This document shows, piece by piece, positions 36,680-45,771 of a stretch of DNA of 64,000 nt. The stretch is from Steroidobacteraceae bacterium. GTDB taxonomy: Bacteria; Pseudomonadota; Gammaproteobacteria; Steroidobacterales; Steroidobacteraceae. Both the position numbers and the translations under genes were made by a program. The DNA is taken from positions 53,445-117,444 of the forward strand of contig DATJTW010000023.1 in the NCBI GenBank assembly GCA_035502995.1, in the 5' to 3' direction. The stretch's first letter is position 1. Each line of letters begins with the position of its first letter. The notes beneath the pieces were generated by a model. That model had not been told where the DNA came from and ran no database searches. It saw only the letters and a program-made list of their open reading frames with translations.

Positions 36680-38300
36680 CAAACGCGCAGGCTTCGCGGC
36701 CTTCCTGCCGCGCAGCATCGTCGCGCGCACCAGCCTCTCGATCCTGGTGCTGGCCGTGATCATGGGCCTGCTGTTCTCGATCACCGCGTCGTGGCGCGTG
36801 CGCGCCGCCGAGCACGACCGCCTGATGTCGCGCGTCGACGAGCTGGCGTCGACCGTGGAGAGCACGGTCAGCGTCGCCTGTTTCGTCAACGACACGAAGC
36901 TGGCGCAGGAGATCGCCAACGGCCTGATGAAGAACCGCATCGTCGCGGGCGTGACGATCACGTCTGGTCGGACGATCCTGTTCGGCACCGGCACCATTAT
37001 CGAAGCCAACGCGCGCGCGCACGCGAAGGTCGACAAGATTACGCGGCCCGTCTATTCGCCGTTCGAGAAGGGCCCGGCGATCGGCGGCCTCACGATCTAC
37101 GTGTCGCACGAGGAGATCGAGGCGCAGGCCACGGCGTACTCGGGCTACATCACGTGGATCCTCAGCCTGCAGGTGGCCATCGTCGCGGCCGCGGTGGCGT
37201 TCCTCGTCTATCTACTGGTGACGCGACCGATCAAGGGCATCTCCGACGAGCTGCACCGGCTCGAGGTCGCCTCGGGCGTGCAGATCGCGCTGCGCGGCCG
37301 GCGGCGCACGGACGAGATCGGGCAGCTGGTCGGCGACGTCAACGCGCTGATCACGCGGCTCACCGACGTGCTGCAGAAGGAACACCAGCTGCGCGTGGCG
37401 CAGGAGATCAGCGAGCGGCGCATGCGGCTGGTCTTCGAGAAGGCGGACACCGGCATCCTGGTGCTCGACCCGGCCGGCGCGGTGCAGTCGTGCAACCCCG
37501 CGTTCGTGCGCATCCTCGGCGCCGAGGCCGCGGAACCGAACGTGCGGCTGGCCGACCTGCTGGCGCCGCACGGCGAGCGCATCGCGCGGCTGATCGGCGA
37601 GAGCCGCGCGTCCGGCGAACCGCGCGACGCGGATTTCGAGATCGACCGCGGCGGAGTGCGCGGGTCGATCTGGGTGGAGCTGTCGGTGAATCCGCTCGGC
37701 CACAACCTGTTGCAGGGCCTGCTGACCGACGTCACCGAGCGCAAACGCGCGGAGTCGGCGGCGCGCGAGCTGGCGTCGCGCGACACGGTGACGGGATTGC
37801 TGAACCGGCGCGGTCTCGATGCTTCGCTCGCTAACCTGCTGACCACGAACACCGCCCAGCATCCGCTCGCGCTGCTGCAGATCGACCTGGATTACTTCAA
37901 GGAAGTGAACGACACGTTCGGCCACGAGGCCGGCGACCGCGTGCTGCGGGAAGTTGGAGCCATTCTCGAACGGTCGGTGCGCCGTACAGACGTCGTTGCC
38001 CGTACGGGCGGCGACGAATTCGTCGTCGTGCTGCCGGGCATCGAGAGCGTCGAGAAGGCGAAGGACATCGCGGTGAACGTGATCGCGGGCGTGTCGGTGC
38101 CGATCGTGCTGTCGGCAGGGCGGCGCGCGGAGATCGGCGCGAGCATCGGCATCGCGCTCGCGGTGCCGGGCGAGGGCGCGTCGGCGTTGCTGCGCCGCGC
38201 CGATACGGCGATGTACACGGCGAAGCAGTCCGGCCGCGGGCGCGTGTGCCTCGCGCAGACCGGCGGCGACGAGCCCCCCGCGACCCACGCCGCCGCGTAG
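36663..38300 (+). CDS. membrane-bound diguanylate cyclase (2 TM, HAMP-like linker, PAS, GGDEF)
   Basis: 545-aa ORF (TTG start overlaps the previous gene by 17 nt; start uncertain). PAS region (ILVLDPAGAVQSCNPAFVRILG). Intact GGDEF (ARTGGDEFVVV) with an upstream RxxD I-site (RRTD). Confidence 0.88.
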   Translation: MKSGPDKRAGFAAFLPRSIVARTSLSILVLAVIMGLLFSITASWRVRAAEHDRLMSRVDELASTVESTVSVACFVNDTKLAQEIANGLMKNRIVAGVTITSGRTILFGTGTIIEANARAHAKVDKITRPVYSPFEKGPAIGGLTIYVSHEEIEAQATAYSGYITWILSLQVAIVAAAVAFLVYLLVTRPIKGISDELHRLEVASGVQIALRGRRRTDEIGQLVGDVNALITRLTDVLQKEHQLRVAQEISERRMRLVFEKADTGILVLDPAGAVQSCNPAFVRILGAEAAEPNVRLADLLAPHGERIARLIGESRASGEPRDADFEIDRGGVRGSIWVELSVNPLGHNLLQGLLTDVTERKRAESAARELASRDTVTGLLNRRGLDASLANLLTTNTAQHPLALLQIDLDYFKEVNDTFGHEAGDRVLREVGAILERSVRRTDVVARTGGDEFVVVLPGIESVEKAKDIAVNVIAGVSVPIVLSAGRRAEIGASIGIALAVPGEGASALLRRADTAMYTAKQSGRGRVCLAQTGGDEPPATHAAA

Positions 38301-38315
38301 TTGGTGCGCGAATTC

Positions 38316-38353
38316 GGGAATGGGCCCCGAATGGCCGTTTGGGGCCGATCTCC
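38316..38353. repeat. imperfect palindromic element (family 2), degenerate copy of the 52186 palindrome
   Basis: GGGAATGGGCCCCGAATGGCCGTTTGGGGCCGATCTCC matches the 38-nt palindrome at 52186-52223 at 32/38 positions. It lies 16 nt after the DGC stop. Confidence 0.65.
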
Positions 38354-38492
38354 GCATCCGACCCCGATAACTGCGACTTTTTCCCGATTTCTCCCTGAGA
38401 TCGGTGGCGCGTTCGCGACACATAACTACCAGAAGCGAACGAATCGCGGCGCGCTCTAACTAGTGTCGGAGAGCGCCGCGCAGGGGAGGTCC

Positions 38493-39674
38493 ATGCAACC
38501 AGTCCGCACGTGGCGACCGGTCGCGCTCGTCGGCGCCGGACTGCTCGCGGCCTGCGGCCAGGCGCCGCAGCCGGTGGAGGTTCCCGCCGTCGGGACTCTG
38601 GCGCCCGCGCCGGTGCGCACGTGTCCCCATCCTGGCATCGCGACGTTCCGCGCCGCGCCGCCCGCCGCCGCGCCGGTCGTCGCCGACGACGCCAACGGTG
38701 ACGTCGACACCGATACCGGTCTCGCTGCGCTGCTCGATGCCGATGCCGCCACCGCGCTCGCCGCGCGCGCGGCCTGGCGCAACCGCGACGTCGACGACTT
38801 CGTGCGCGGCGCGACGCGCGAGTGCGGCGCCGACGGCAAGTACGTAGTCGATGGCGACGTCACGATCGCCGACGTCGCGCACCTGCGCGCGTTCTTCGAC
38901 CAGCACATCCGCGCCGCCGCGCCGCCTCCCGCTCTGCCGTCGACGAAGCTGCCGCCGACGAAGCCGCCGCCGCCCGCTCCGTCCACTCCATCCCCGCCAG
39001 CCCCCACCCGCAATCAGCTCGTCGCGCTCACGCCCGGCACCGATGCCGTCTGGCCGCCCGCGCTCCAGCACGCGCTGACCTACTGCGTCGGCACCGCGTT
39101 CCGCGGCCAGCACGACCGCGTCGTCGCCGATCTCGAAGCGGCCACCGGCGCCTGGGAGCTCGCCGCCGACGTCGACTTCCGCCACGTCGCCGAACAGGAC
39201 GCGCACTGCGATGCCGCCAACGATGCCGTGACCTTCGACGTCAATCCCGTCGACCTCGGCCTCTACCTGGCGCGCGGCTTTTCCCCCGACGACGCGCGCG
39301 CCGCGCGCAACCTCCACATCGACATCGCCGCGCTGACGCTCGATCCCGCCGACGCGCTGCAGCTCACCGGCCTGCTGCGTCACGAGCTCGGCCACGTGCT
39401 CGGCTTCCGCCACGAGAACCCGCGACCCCAGGCTGGTCCGTGTTTCGACGACAGCGCCACGCCGCCGATCGCTGCGACCGACGCGCTCTCCGTCATGCAC
39501 TACCCACCGTGCAGCGGCGGCCGCGGCTGGAAGTTCCTGCTGACCGACCGCGACCAGAGCGTCGTCGCCTGCGTCTACGGCGCCGCGCGTGGTTTCGTGA
39601 TCGATCCCCGTGTCTGCCGGCAGCGCGATGCACCGCAATCGCGCGCCGGCGTCTTCTCCGCGATGCCGAGGTAA
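38493..39674 (+). CDS. astacin-like metzincin lipoprotein
   Basis: Track ORF 38463..39674 trimmed to ATG 38493 (GGGGAGG upstream). Lipobox LLAAC, Pro-rich linker, zinc motif HELGHVLGFRHE (HExxHxxGxxHE) and Met-turn SVMHYP. Confidence 0.8.
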   Translation: MQPVRTWRPVALVGAGLLAACGQAPQPVEVPAVGTLAPAPVRTCPHPGIATFRAAPPAAAPVVADDANGDVDTDTGLAALLDADAATALAARAAWRNRDVDDFVRGATRECGADGKYVVDGDVTIADVAHLRAFFDQHIRAAAPPPALPSTKLPPTKPPPPAPSTPSPPAPTRNQLVALTPGTDAVWPPALQHALTYCVGTAFRGQHDRVVADLEAATGAWELAADVDFRHVAEQDAHCDAANDAVTFDVNPVDLGLYLARGFSPDDARAARNLHIDIAALTLDPADALQLTGLLRHELGHVLGFRHENPRPQAGPCFDDSATPPIAATDALSVMHYPPCSGGRGWKFLLTDRDQSVVACVYGAARGFVIDPRVCRQRDAPQSRAGVFSAMPR

Positions 39675-39774
39675 CGGAACGCCACTCCCGTCCCCGGTGT
39701 TGTAGGAAAACTCGGCGCGCCGTCCGGGCATCCGCCCGTACGACGCGCCGAGTCCCTGTCCCAGACTCTGCCGC

Positions 39775-40878
39775 GTGAAACTCTTCAGCTGCGAACACTG
39801 CGGGCAGACCGTCTATTTCGAGAACAGCCGTTGCGTGAGCTGCGGCGAGGCGCTCGGCTACGTGCCGGAGTCGGCGTCGATGATCGTGCTCGGCGATGCG
39901 CCGGCCGCGGTCGCGTCGACGAACACGACGGCCTCGATCACCGCCACCCCCGAACTACCGCCGCACCACCGCTGCCGCAACGGCCGCGAACACGACGCCT
40001 GCAACTGGCTCGTGCCGACCGCCGATCACGACTACTGCGCGTCCTGCGAATTGTCCGAGATCATCCCCGACCTCTCCGACGCCCACAACGACCAGGCCTG
40101 GCGCCGCATCGAAGCCGCGAAGCGCCGCCTGCTGTACACGTTGTTCGCGCTCAAACTACCCGTGACGCGCAAGTCGCCCGGCGCGCCGGACGGACTCGCC
40201 TTCCGCTTCCTCGCCGGCACGGACGACGCGCCCGTGATGACCGGCCATGCCGACGGCGTGATCACGCTGAACATCGCCGAGGCCGACTTCGCATTCCGCG
40301 AGAACATGCGCGAGAAGATGGGCGAGGGTTACCGCACCGTGCTCGGCCACCTGCGCCACGAGATCGGCCACTACTACTGGGATCGCCTCGTGCGCGACGG
40401 CGGCCAGCTCGACGCGTTCCGTGCCGTGTTCGGTGACGAGCGCGCGAGCTACGAAGCCGCGCTGGAGCGCCACTACGGCGCGGGTCCGCCCGCCGACTGG
40501 GGCGAACGCTTCATCAGCGCCTACGCGAGCATGCATCCCTGGGAAGACTGGGCCGAGACCTGGGCTCACTACCTGCACATGGTCGACACGCTGGAGACGG
40601 CCAAGAGCCACGGCCTCACCGTGCGCGCACCGGCCGCGCAACGGCCGGGCGAGAAGATCGCGACGGACCGTCTCGCGTTCTTCGATTTCGATTCGCTGAC
40701 CACGGGCTGGACCGCCGTGACGCTGGCACTGAACAGCCTGAACCGCAGCATGGGCATGAAGGACGCGTATCCGTTCGTGATCACGGCGCCGGTGCTGGAG
40801 AAGCTGCGGTTCGTGCACGAGCTGGTGCGCGGCGGCGCCGAGCAGGGCGCGAACCGGGCGCTGCAGCCGGCGGCGTGA
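39775..40878 (+). CDS. zinc-ribbon plus putative zinc metallopeptidase (Peptidase_Mx-like) protein
   Basis: 367-aa ORF with GTG start. N-terminal zinc ribbon CEHCGQTVYFENSRCVSCG and HExxH motif (LRHEIGHYYW). Confidence 0.7.
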   Translation: MKLFSCEHCGQTVYFENSRCVSCGEALGYVPESASMIVLGDAPAAVASTNTTASITATPELPPHHRCRNGREHDACNWLVPTADHDYCASCELSEIIPDLSDAHNDQAWRRIEAAKRRLLYTLFALKLPVTRKSPGAPDGLAFRFLAGTDDAPVMTGHADGVITLNIAEADFAFRENMREKMGEGYRTVLGHLRHEIGHYYWDRLVRDGGQLDAFRAVFGDERASYEAALERHYGAGPPADWGERFISAYASMHPWEDWAETWAHYLHMVDTLETAKSHGLTVRAPAAQRPGEKIATDRLAFFDFDSLTTGWTAVTLALNSLNRSMGMKDAYPFVITAPVLEKLRFVHELVRGGAEQGANRALQPAA

Positions 40879-40986
40879 GCGCAAGCGCCGGCGGATTCGC
40901 GGCGGACCGCGCGGGCCCGCACCATCGCGCGCTGGCCCCCGCGCGCACGAGCCCATAACATTCCCCCGCGTCCAGAAGGGGAATCC

Positions 40987-43449
40987 ATGCACCGTTCCAT
41001 CGTGTCGTTCTCATCCGCGTTTTGCGTCCTGCTCCGTGTCTCGACCGCGTTCGCCGCCGACGATTTCAAGCTCAACGCCCAGGAATATTTCGAACGCCCC
41101 GGCATCAACGTGATGTACGGGCAGGACTACTACCCCGAAGGCCACCAGGGCGGCCTCAGCATCCTGATGCACGACGAGCGCGTCGCCTCGAACGGCGACA
41201 TCCGCCTCGAACCATCGCCGGGCCAGTGGTCGCCGATCCCGAAGCCGGGCAAACGCGAGATCGACGCCGCCACGCAGGAGATCCGCGTGCCGCTGCATTT
41301 CCCGGATGCCGAGCGCGATCGCAAGGGCTTCAACCCGATCGAGTACCCGGATCTCACGCTCGACTACACGGTGCGCGCGCGCCCCGCGGGCGACTCGATC
41401 ATCGTCAGCGTCGACTTCGCGCAGCCGGTGCCGAAGGACTGGGTCGGCAAGGTCGGTTTCAATCTCGAACTCTTCCCGGGGCTCTTCTTCGGCAAGTCGT
41501 ACCAGGTCGGCAAGACCGACGGCGTGTTCCAGCGCCAGCCCACCGGTCCCGGCGAAACGCCGCGGCTCGGCAAGGGCGCGCGGCTCGACGTCGCTCCGGA
41601 GACCGAGCTGTATCACCTGACGATCGAGGCGCTGAAGGGCGGCGAGATCGAACTGCTCGACGGCCGCGGCAATCACAACAACGGCTGGTTCGTCGTGCGC
41701 GCGCTGGCGCCGGCCGGCGCGACGAAGAGCGCGATCGAGTGGAAGGTCACGCCGCACGCGAAGGCCGGCTGGATCCGCACGCCGGTGATCCAGGTGTCGC
41801 AGGTCGGTTATCACCCGGCGCAGCCGAAGCAGGCGCTGATCGAGCTCGATCCGCGCGACACGCAGCGGCCGAACATCGTGCTGCAGAAGATAGGCCAGCT
41901 CGGGCAGGTGAAGACCGTCCTCGACCGCAAGCCGGAGGAGTGGGGGAAGTTCCTGCGCTACCAGTACGCGCGCCTCGACTTCAGCGACGTGAAGGAGCCC
42001 GGCATCTACCGCGTGAAGTACGGCGCGCTGACGTCGCAGCCGTTCCGCATCAACGCCAACGTGTTCTCGCGCGAGGTGTGGCAGCCGACGCTGGAATATT
42101 TCCTGCCGGCGCAGATGTGCCACATGAAGGTGATGGAGAAATACCGGCTGTGGCACGGCGCGTGTCATCTCGACGACGCGCGCATGGCGCCCGTGAACCA
42201 CAACCACTTCGACGGCTACCTGCAGGGCGCATCGACGCTGACCGACTACAAATCGGGCGAACACGTGCCCGGCGTCGATCGCGGCGGCTGGCACGACGCC
42301 GGCGACTGGGACATGCGCGTCGAATCGCAGGCCGACACCATCTACGGCCTGGCGCTGGCGTGGGAGCTGTTCCACGTCGACTACGACAACACCTCGATCG
42401 ACCAGAAGACGCTGGTGACCGAGATCCACCAGCCGGACGGCAAGCCCGACGTGTTGCAGCAGCTCGAGCACGGCGTGTTGTCCGTGGTCGGCGGCTACGA
42501 ATCGATGGGCCGCCTGTACCGCGGCATCATCGAGCCGACGCTGCGGCAGTACGTGTTCCTCGGCGACGGTGCCGGCATGACGGACAACGTGGTGTTCGAT
42601 GCGACGAAGACGCCGGCGGACGAGGCGCCGGTCGTGGGACTGCCGGGCTCGCCCGACGACCGCTGGGTGTTCACCGAGGAGAATCCGCGGCGCGAGCTGC
42701 TGACGGCCGCGTCGCTGGCGGCCGCGTGGCGCGCGCTGAAGGGTTACGACGACGCCCTGGCGAAACGCTCGCTGAAGGCGGCGATCGAGCTGTACGACCG
42801 CGCGAAGCCGCAGGACCCACTGGCGCGCGTCGGCGCCGCCGCGGAGCTGCTGATCGCCACGGGCGATGCGAAGTACCGCGCGCTGCTGCTCGAGCAGAAG
42901 GATGCGATCGCGACCAACGTCGAGCGCATCGGCTGGGCCGTGGGCCGCACGCTGCCGCTGGTGCGCGACGACGCGTACACGAAGACGATCCGCGACGCGG
43001 TCGCCGCGTACCGCAAGAAGGTGGACGAGCAGGCGAAGGAGACGCCGTACGCCGTGCCGTACAAGCCCGACATCTGGGGCGCGGGCTGGAACATCCAGCG
43101 CTTCGGCTGGGACCAATGGATGCTGCACCTGTCGTTCCCGGATCTCTTCCCGCGCACGTATGCGCTGCAGGCGCTGAGCTTCATCCTCGGCGTGCACCCG
43201 GGATCGAACACGGCGAGCTTCGTGTCCGGCGTCGGCGCGAATTCGCTGACCACGGCCTACGGCTTCAACCGCGCCGACTGGTCGTACATCCCCGGCGGCA
43301 GCGCCTCCGGCACGGCGCTGATCCGCCCGGACTTCCCGGAGCTCAAGACCTGGCCGTTCTTCTGGCAGCAGACCGAGTACGTGCTCGGCCGCGGCACGAC
43401 GGACTATCTACTGCTGGTGCTGGCCGCCGACCACGAGCTCAATCGCTGA
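40987..43449 (+). CDS. glycoside hydrolase family 9-like enzyme with N-terminal extension and Ig-like (CelD_N) domain
   Basis: 820-aa ORF with a signal-like N-terminus. Ig-like domain pattern VIQVSQVGYHPAQPKQALIE. GH9 catalytic-Asp motif GGWHDAGDWDMRV. Confidence 0.7.
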   Translation: MHRSIVSFSSAFCVLLRVSTAFAADDFKLNAQEYFERPGINVMYGQDYYPEGHQGGLSILMHDERVASNGDIRLEPSPGQWSPIPKPGKREIDAATQEIRVPLHFPDAERDRKGFNPIEYPDLTLDYTVRARPAGDSIIVSVDFAQPVPKDWVGKVGFNLELFPGLFFGKSYQVGKTDGVFQRQPTGPGETPRLGKGARLDVAPETELYHLTIEALKGGEIELLDGRGNHNNGWFVVRALAPAGATKSAIEWKVTPHAKAGWIRTPVIQVSQVGYHPAQPKQALIELDPRDTQRPNIVLQKIGQLGQVKTVLDRKPEEWGKFLRYQYARLDFSDVKEPGIYRVKYGALTSQPFRINANVFSREVWQPTLEYFLPAQMCHMKVMEKYRLWHGACHLDDARMAPVNHNHFDGYLQGASTLTDYKSGEHVPGVDRGGWHDAGDWDMRVESQADTIYGLALAWELFHVDYDNTSIDQKTLVTEIHQPDGKPDVLQQLEHGVLSVVGGYESMGRLYRGIIEPTLRQYVFLGDGAGMTDNVVFDATKTPADEAPVVGLPGSPDDRWVFTEENPRRELLTAASLAAAWRALKGYDDALAKRSLKAAIELYDRAKPQDPLARVGAAAELLIATGDAKYRALLLEQKDAIATNVERIGWAVGRTLPLVRDDAYTKTIRDAVAAYRKKVDEQAKETPYAVPYKPDIWGAGWNIQRFGWDQWMLHLSFPDLFPRTYALQALSFILGVHPGSNTASFVSGVGANSLTTAYGFNRADWSYIPGGSASGTALIRPDFPELKTWPFFWQQTEYVLGRGTTDYLLLVLAADHELNR

Positions 43450-44426
43450 TGCGGGCGGGCGTCGCGCTCCGCGCCGCGGTCGCGTGGCTGGCGCTGCTCG
43501 GCAGCGCCGCTGCCGCGCCGCCGCGCCCCGCGCCCGCGCCGCCGCCGAAGGTCGATCACCACCAGCACCTGCTGAGCGCGTCGATGACGGCGCCGGGCCA
43601 GAAGCCGATCGACGCGAAGGCGCTGGTCGCCATGCTCGACGCGGCCGGCATCAAGCGCGCGGTGCTGCTGTCGAACGCCTACCGCTTCGGCAGCCCGTTC
43701 CTCGAGACCCCGTTCACCGACGAGTATTCGCGCGTCGCCCTGGAGAACGACTGGACGATGCGCGAGGCGGCGAAGTATCCGAAGCGGCTGGTCGCGTTCT
43801 GCGGCTTCAACCCGCTGAAGGACTACGCGCTCGGCGAGCTGGCGCGCTGCGCACGCGACCCGCGGTTCGGGCGCGGCATCAAGCTGCAGTTCGGCAACTC
43901 GGGTGTGGACGTCCAGGATCCCGTCGACCTGGCGCGGCTGCGGCGCGTGTTCCGCGCGGCGAACACCGCGCGGATGGCGCTGGTGATCCACGTGCGGCCG
44001 GGATCGGACCGGCCCTGGGGCGCCGCGCAGGCGCAGACTTTCCTCGACGAGCTGCTGCCGGCGGTCCCCGACATCGTGGTGCAGATCGCGCACCTCGGCG
44101 GTGGCGGCGGCGGCGAGCTCGACGCGGCGGCCGAGCAGGCGCTGTCGGTGTTCGCGTCGGCGTTCATCCGCAAGGACGCGCGCGTGAACAACCTGTGGTT
44201 CGACGTGTCGGGCATCACCGGCGGCGCGAACTCGGCGGCCCGCGGCCCGGTGATCGCGCAGCTGCTGCGCGCGATCGGCACGAAACACCTTTTGTACGGC
44301 TCGGACGGCGGCGATCCGACGGATCCACCCGCGAAGGCCGCGCTGGAGTCCTTCCGCAGGCTGCCGTTGATGCCGATCGAGCTGCGCGCGATCGAGGCGA
44401 ACGTGGCGCCCTATCTACCGCGGTAG
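43449..44426 (+). CDS. secreted amidohydrolase-fold (TIM-barrel metal-dependent hydrolase) protein
   Basis: In-frame C-terminal part of track ORF 41022..44426, starting at ATG 43449 (TGATG overlap with the GH9 stop). Signal peptide MRAGVALRAAVAWLALLGSAAA and HxH metal motif VDHHQHLL. Confidence 0.7.
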   Translation: MRAGVALRAAVAWLALLGSAAAAPPRPAPAPPPKVDHHQHLLSASMTAPGQKPIDAKALVAMLDAAGIKRAVLLSNAYRFGSPFLETPFTDEYSRVALENDWTMREAAKYPKRLVAFCGFNPLKDYALGELARCARDPRFGRGIKLQFGNSGVDVQDPVDLARLRRVFRAANTARMALVIHVRPGSDRPWGAAQAQTFLDELLPAVPDIVVQIAHLGGGGGGELDAAAEQALSVFASAFIRKDARVNNLWFDVSGITGGANSAARGPVIAQLLRAIGTKHLLYGSDGGDPTDPPAKAALESFRRLPLMPIELRAIEANVAPYLPR

Positions 44427-45707
44427 TTCGCTCCCGGCGCCGGCGGCCGGCGTCACCGCGGCCGGCGTCACCGCGCCCGGCGCGCGGCGCAGCGTCGCGT
44501 GTCCGTACGTGAGCCGCCGCCACAGGTATTCCATCGGCCCGAGCTCGAAGCGCTTCAGCCACCAGGCACTGACCGGCACCTGGATCGCGAAGTAGATGGT
44601 CACCGCCAGCAGCAGGTCCAGCGCCGGCCCGACCTTGCCCCACAGCCCGAACCCCCAGCCGTAGAACAGCGTGGTCGCGATCGCCGTCTGCATCAGGTAG
44701 TTGGTCAGAGGCATGCGGCCGGCGGTGGCGAACACGTTCAACTTCGGGCGCACGGCCGGGTTGTGCACGCAGCGGATCAGCGTGGCGACGTAGAAGATCA
44801 TCACGAGCACGCGGCACACCCAGTAGCAGATGCCGGCGAACAGCCGGAACGGCGTCGGCGTGACGAAGTCCGTGGTCGTGTTCTCCCAGATCGCGAACAC
44901 CGCGCCGGCCGCGATGCCGCCGGCCAGCGCGATCCACTGGATGCGGCGCACGAACGGCAGGTGTTTCTCCGTGTCCTGGAAGAACTGCCGGCGACCCAGG
45001 ATCAGTCCGAGGATCATCGTCGCGAAGATCTGCGCGTAGAAGTTCACCAGGCCGCGCAGCTCCCAGGGCGTGGTGTACAGGTGGATCGTCTCGCGCGTGT
45101 GCTCGCGCAGCGCGTCGAGGAACGAGCCCTGGCCGTAGGCAAGGTTGTTGGATGCCTCCATGAGCCGAGATCCCGCGACGATGATCTCGCGGTCGGCCGG
45201 CACGAACGTCAGCAGCCGGTGCACCATCATCGCGACCGGCAACAGCAGGCACCCGGCGAACAATGCCCACAGCAGCTTCTCCGGCACGCGGCGCAGCGCC
45301 AGCAGCACGACGCCGAACATCGCGTACATGTGCAGCACGTCGCCGGTCCAGAACACGCACATGTGGATGGCGCCGAACACGAACAGCCAGAAGATGCGGC
45401 GCAGGTAGATGGACTTGGCATGGCCGGGGTCGCGCGACTCGAGCCGGCCGAGCTGGATCGTGAAGCCGATGGCGAACAACATGCTGAACATGCTGTTGAA
45501 CTTGCCTGAGAACAGCACTTCCGTCGTGGTGCGCGTCCACTCGTCCCACCAGGCCGGCCAGAGCTCGGTGCCGTCGGTGCCGGCGTAGAACGAGGTGTTG
45601 AAGCTCGGCATGTTCATGATGAAGATGCCGAGCAGCGCGACGCCGCGGATCACGTCCAGGGTGTAGATGCGTTCTCGGCCGGAGACGGGAGTGGCGGAAG
45701 TCGTCAT
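44415..45707 (-). CDS. DUF418 (YeiB-like) polytopic membrane protein
   Basis: 430-aa ORF. N-terminal signature RIYTLDVIRGVALLGIFIMN and many hydrophobic segments. Its 3' end overlaps the convergent amidohydrolase gene by 12 nt. Confidence 0.75.
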   Translation of the reverse strand: MTTSATPVSGRERIYTLDVIRGVALLGIFIMNMPSFNTSFYAGTDGTELWPAWWDEWTRTTTEVLFSGKFNSMFSMLFAIGFTIQLGRLESRDPGHAKSIYLRRIFWLFVFGAIHMCVFWTGDVLHMYAMFGVVLLALRRVPEKLLWALFAGCLLLPVAMMVHRLLTFVPADREIIVAGSRLMEASNNLAYGQGSFLDALREHTRETIHLYTTPWELRGLVNFYAQIFATMILGLILGRRQFFQDTEKHLPFVRRIQWIALAGGIAAGAVFAIWENTTTDFVTPTPFRLFAGICYWVCRVLVMIFYVATLIRCVHNPAVRPKLNVFATAGRMPLTNYLMQTAIATTLFYGWGFGLWGKVGPALDLLLAVTIYFAIQVPVSAWWLKRFELGPMEYLWRRLTYGHATLRRAPGAVTPAAVTPAAGAGSELPR

Positions 45708-45771
45708 GCGACACCTGTTTTTCTGACTGCCCCGTTGTCAGCGCGGAGTCTACGCGCGACGATGCGGTTCC

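Noticed and set aside
41022-43448. N-terminal 809 aa of the 1134-aa track ORF 41022..44426
   Set aside because: This is a shadow frame over the GH9-like gene (Arg-rich nonsense). Only the part from ATG 43449 onward, with a signal peptide and an HxH motif, looks like a real protein.
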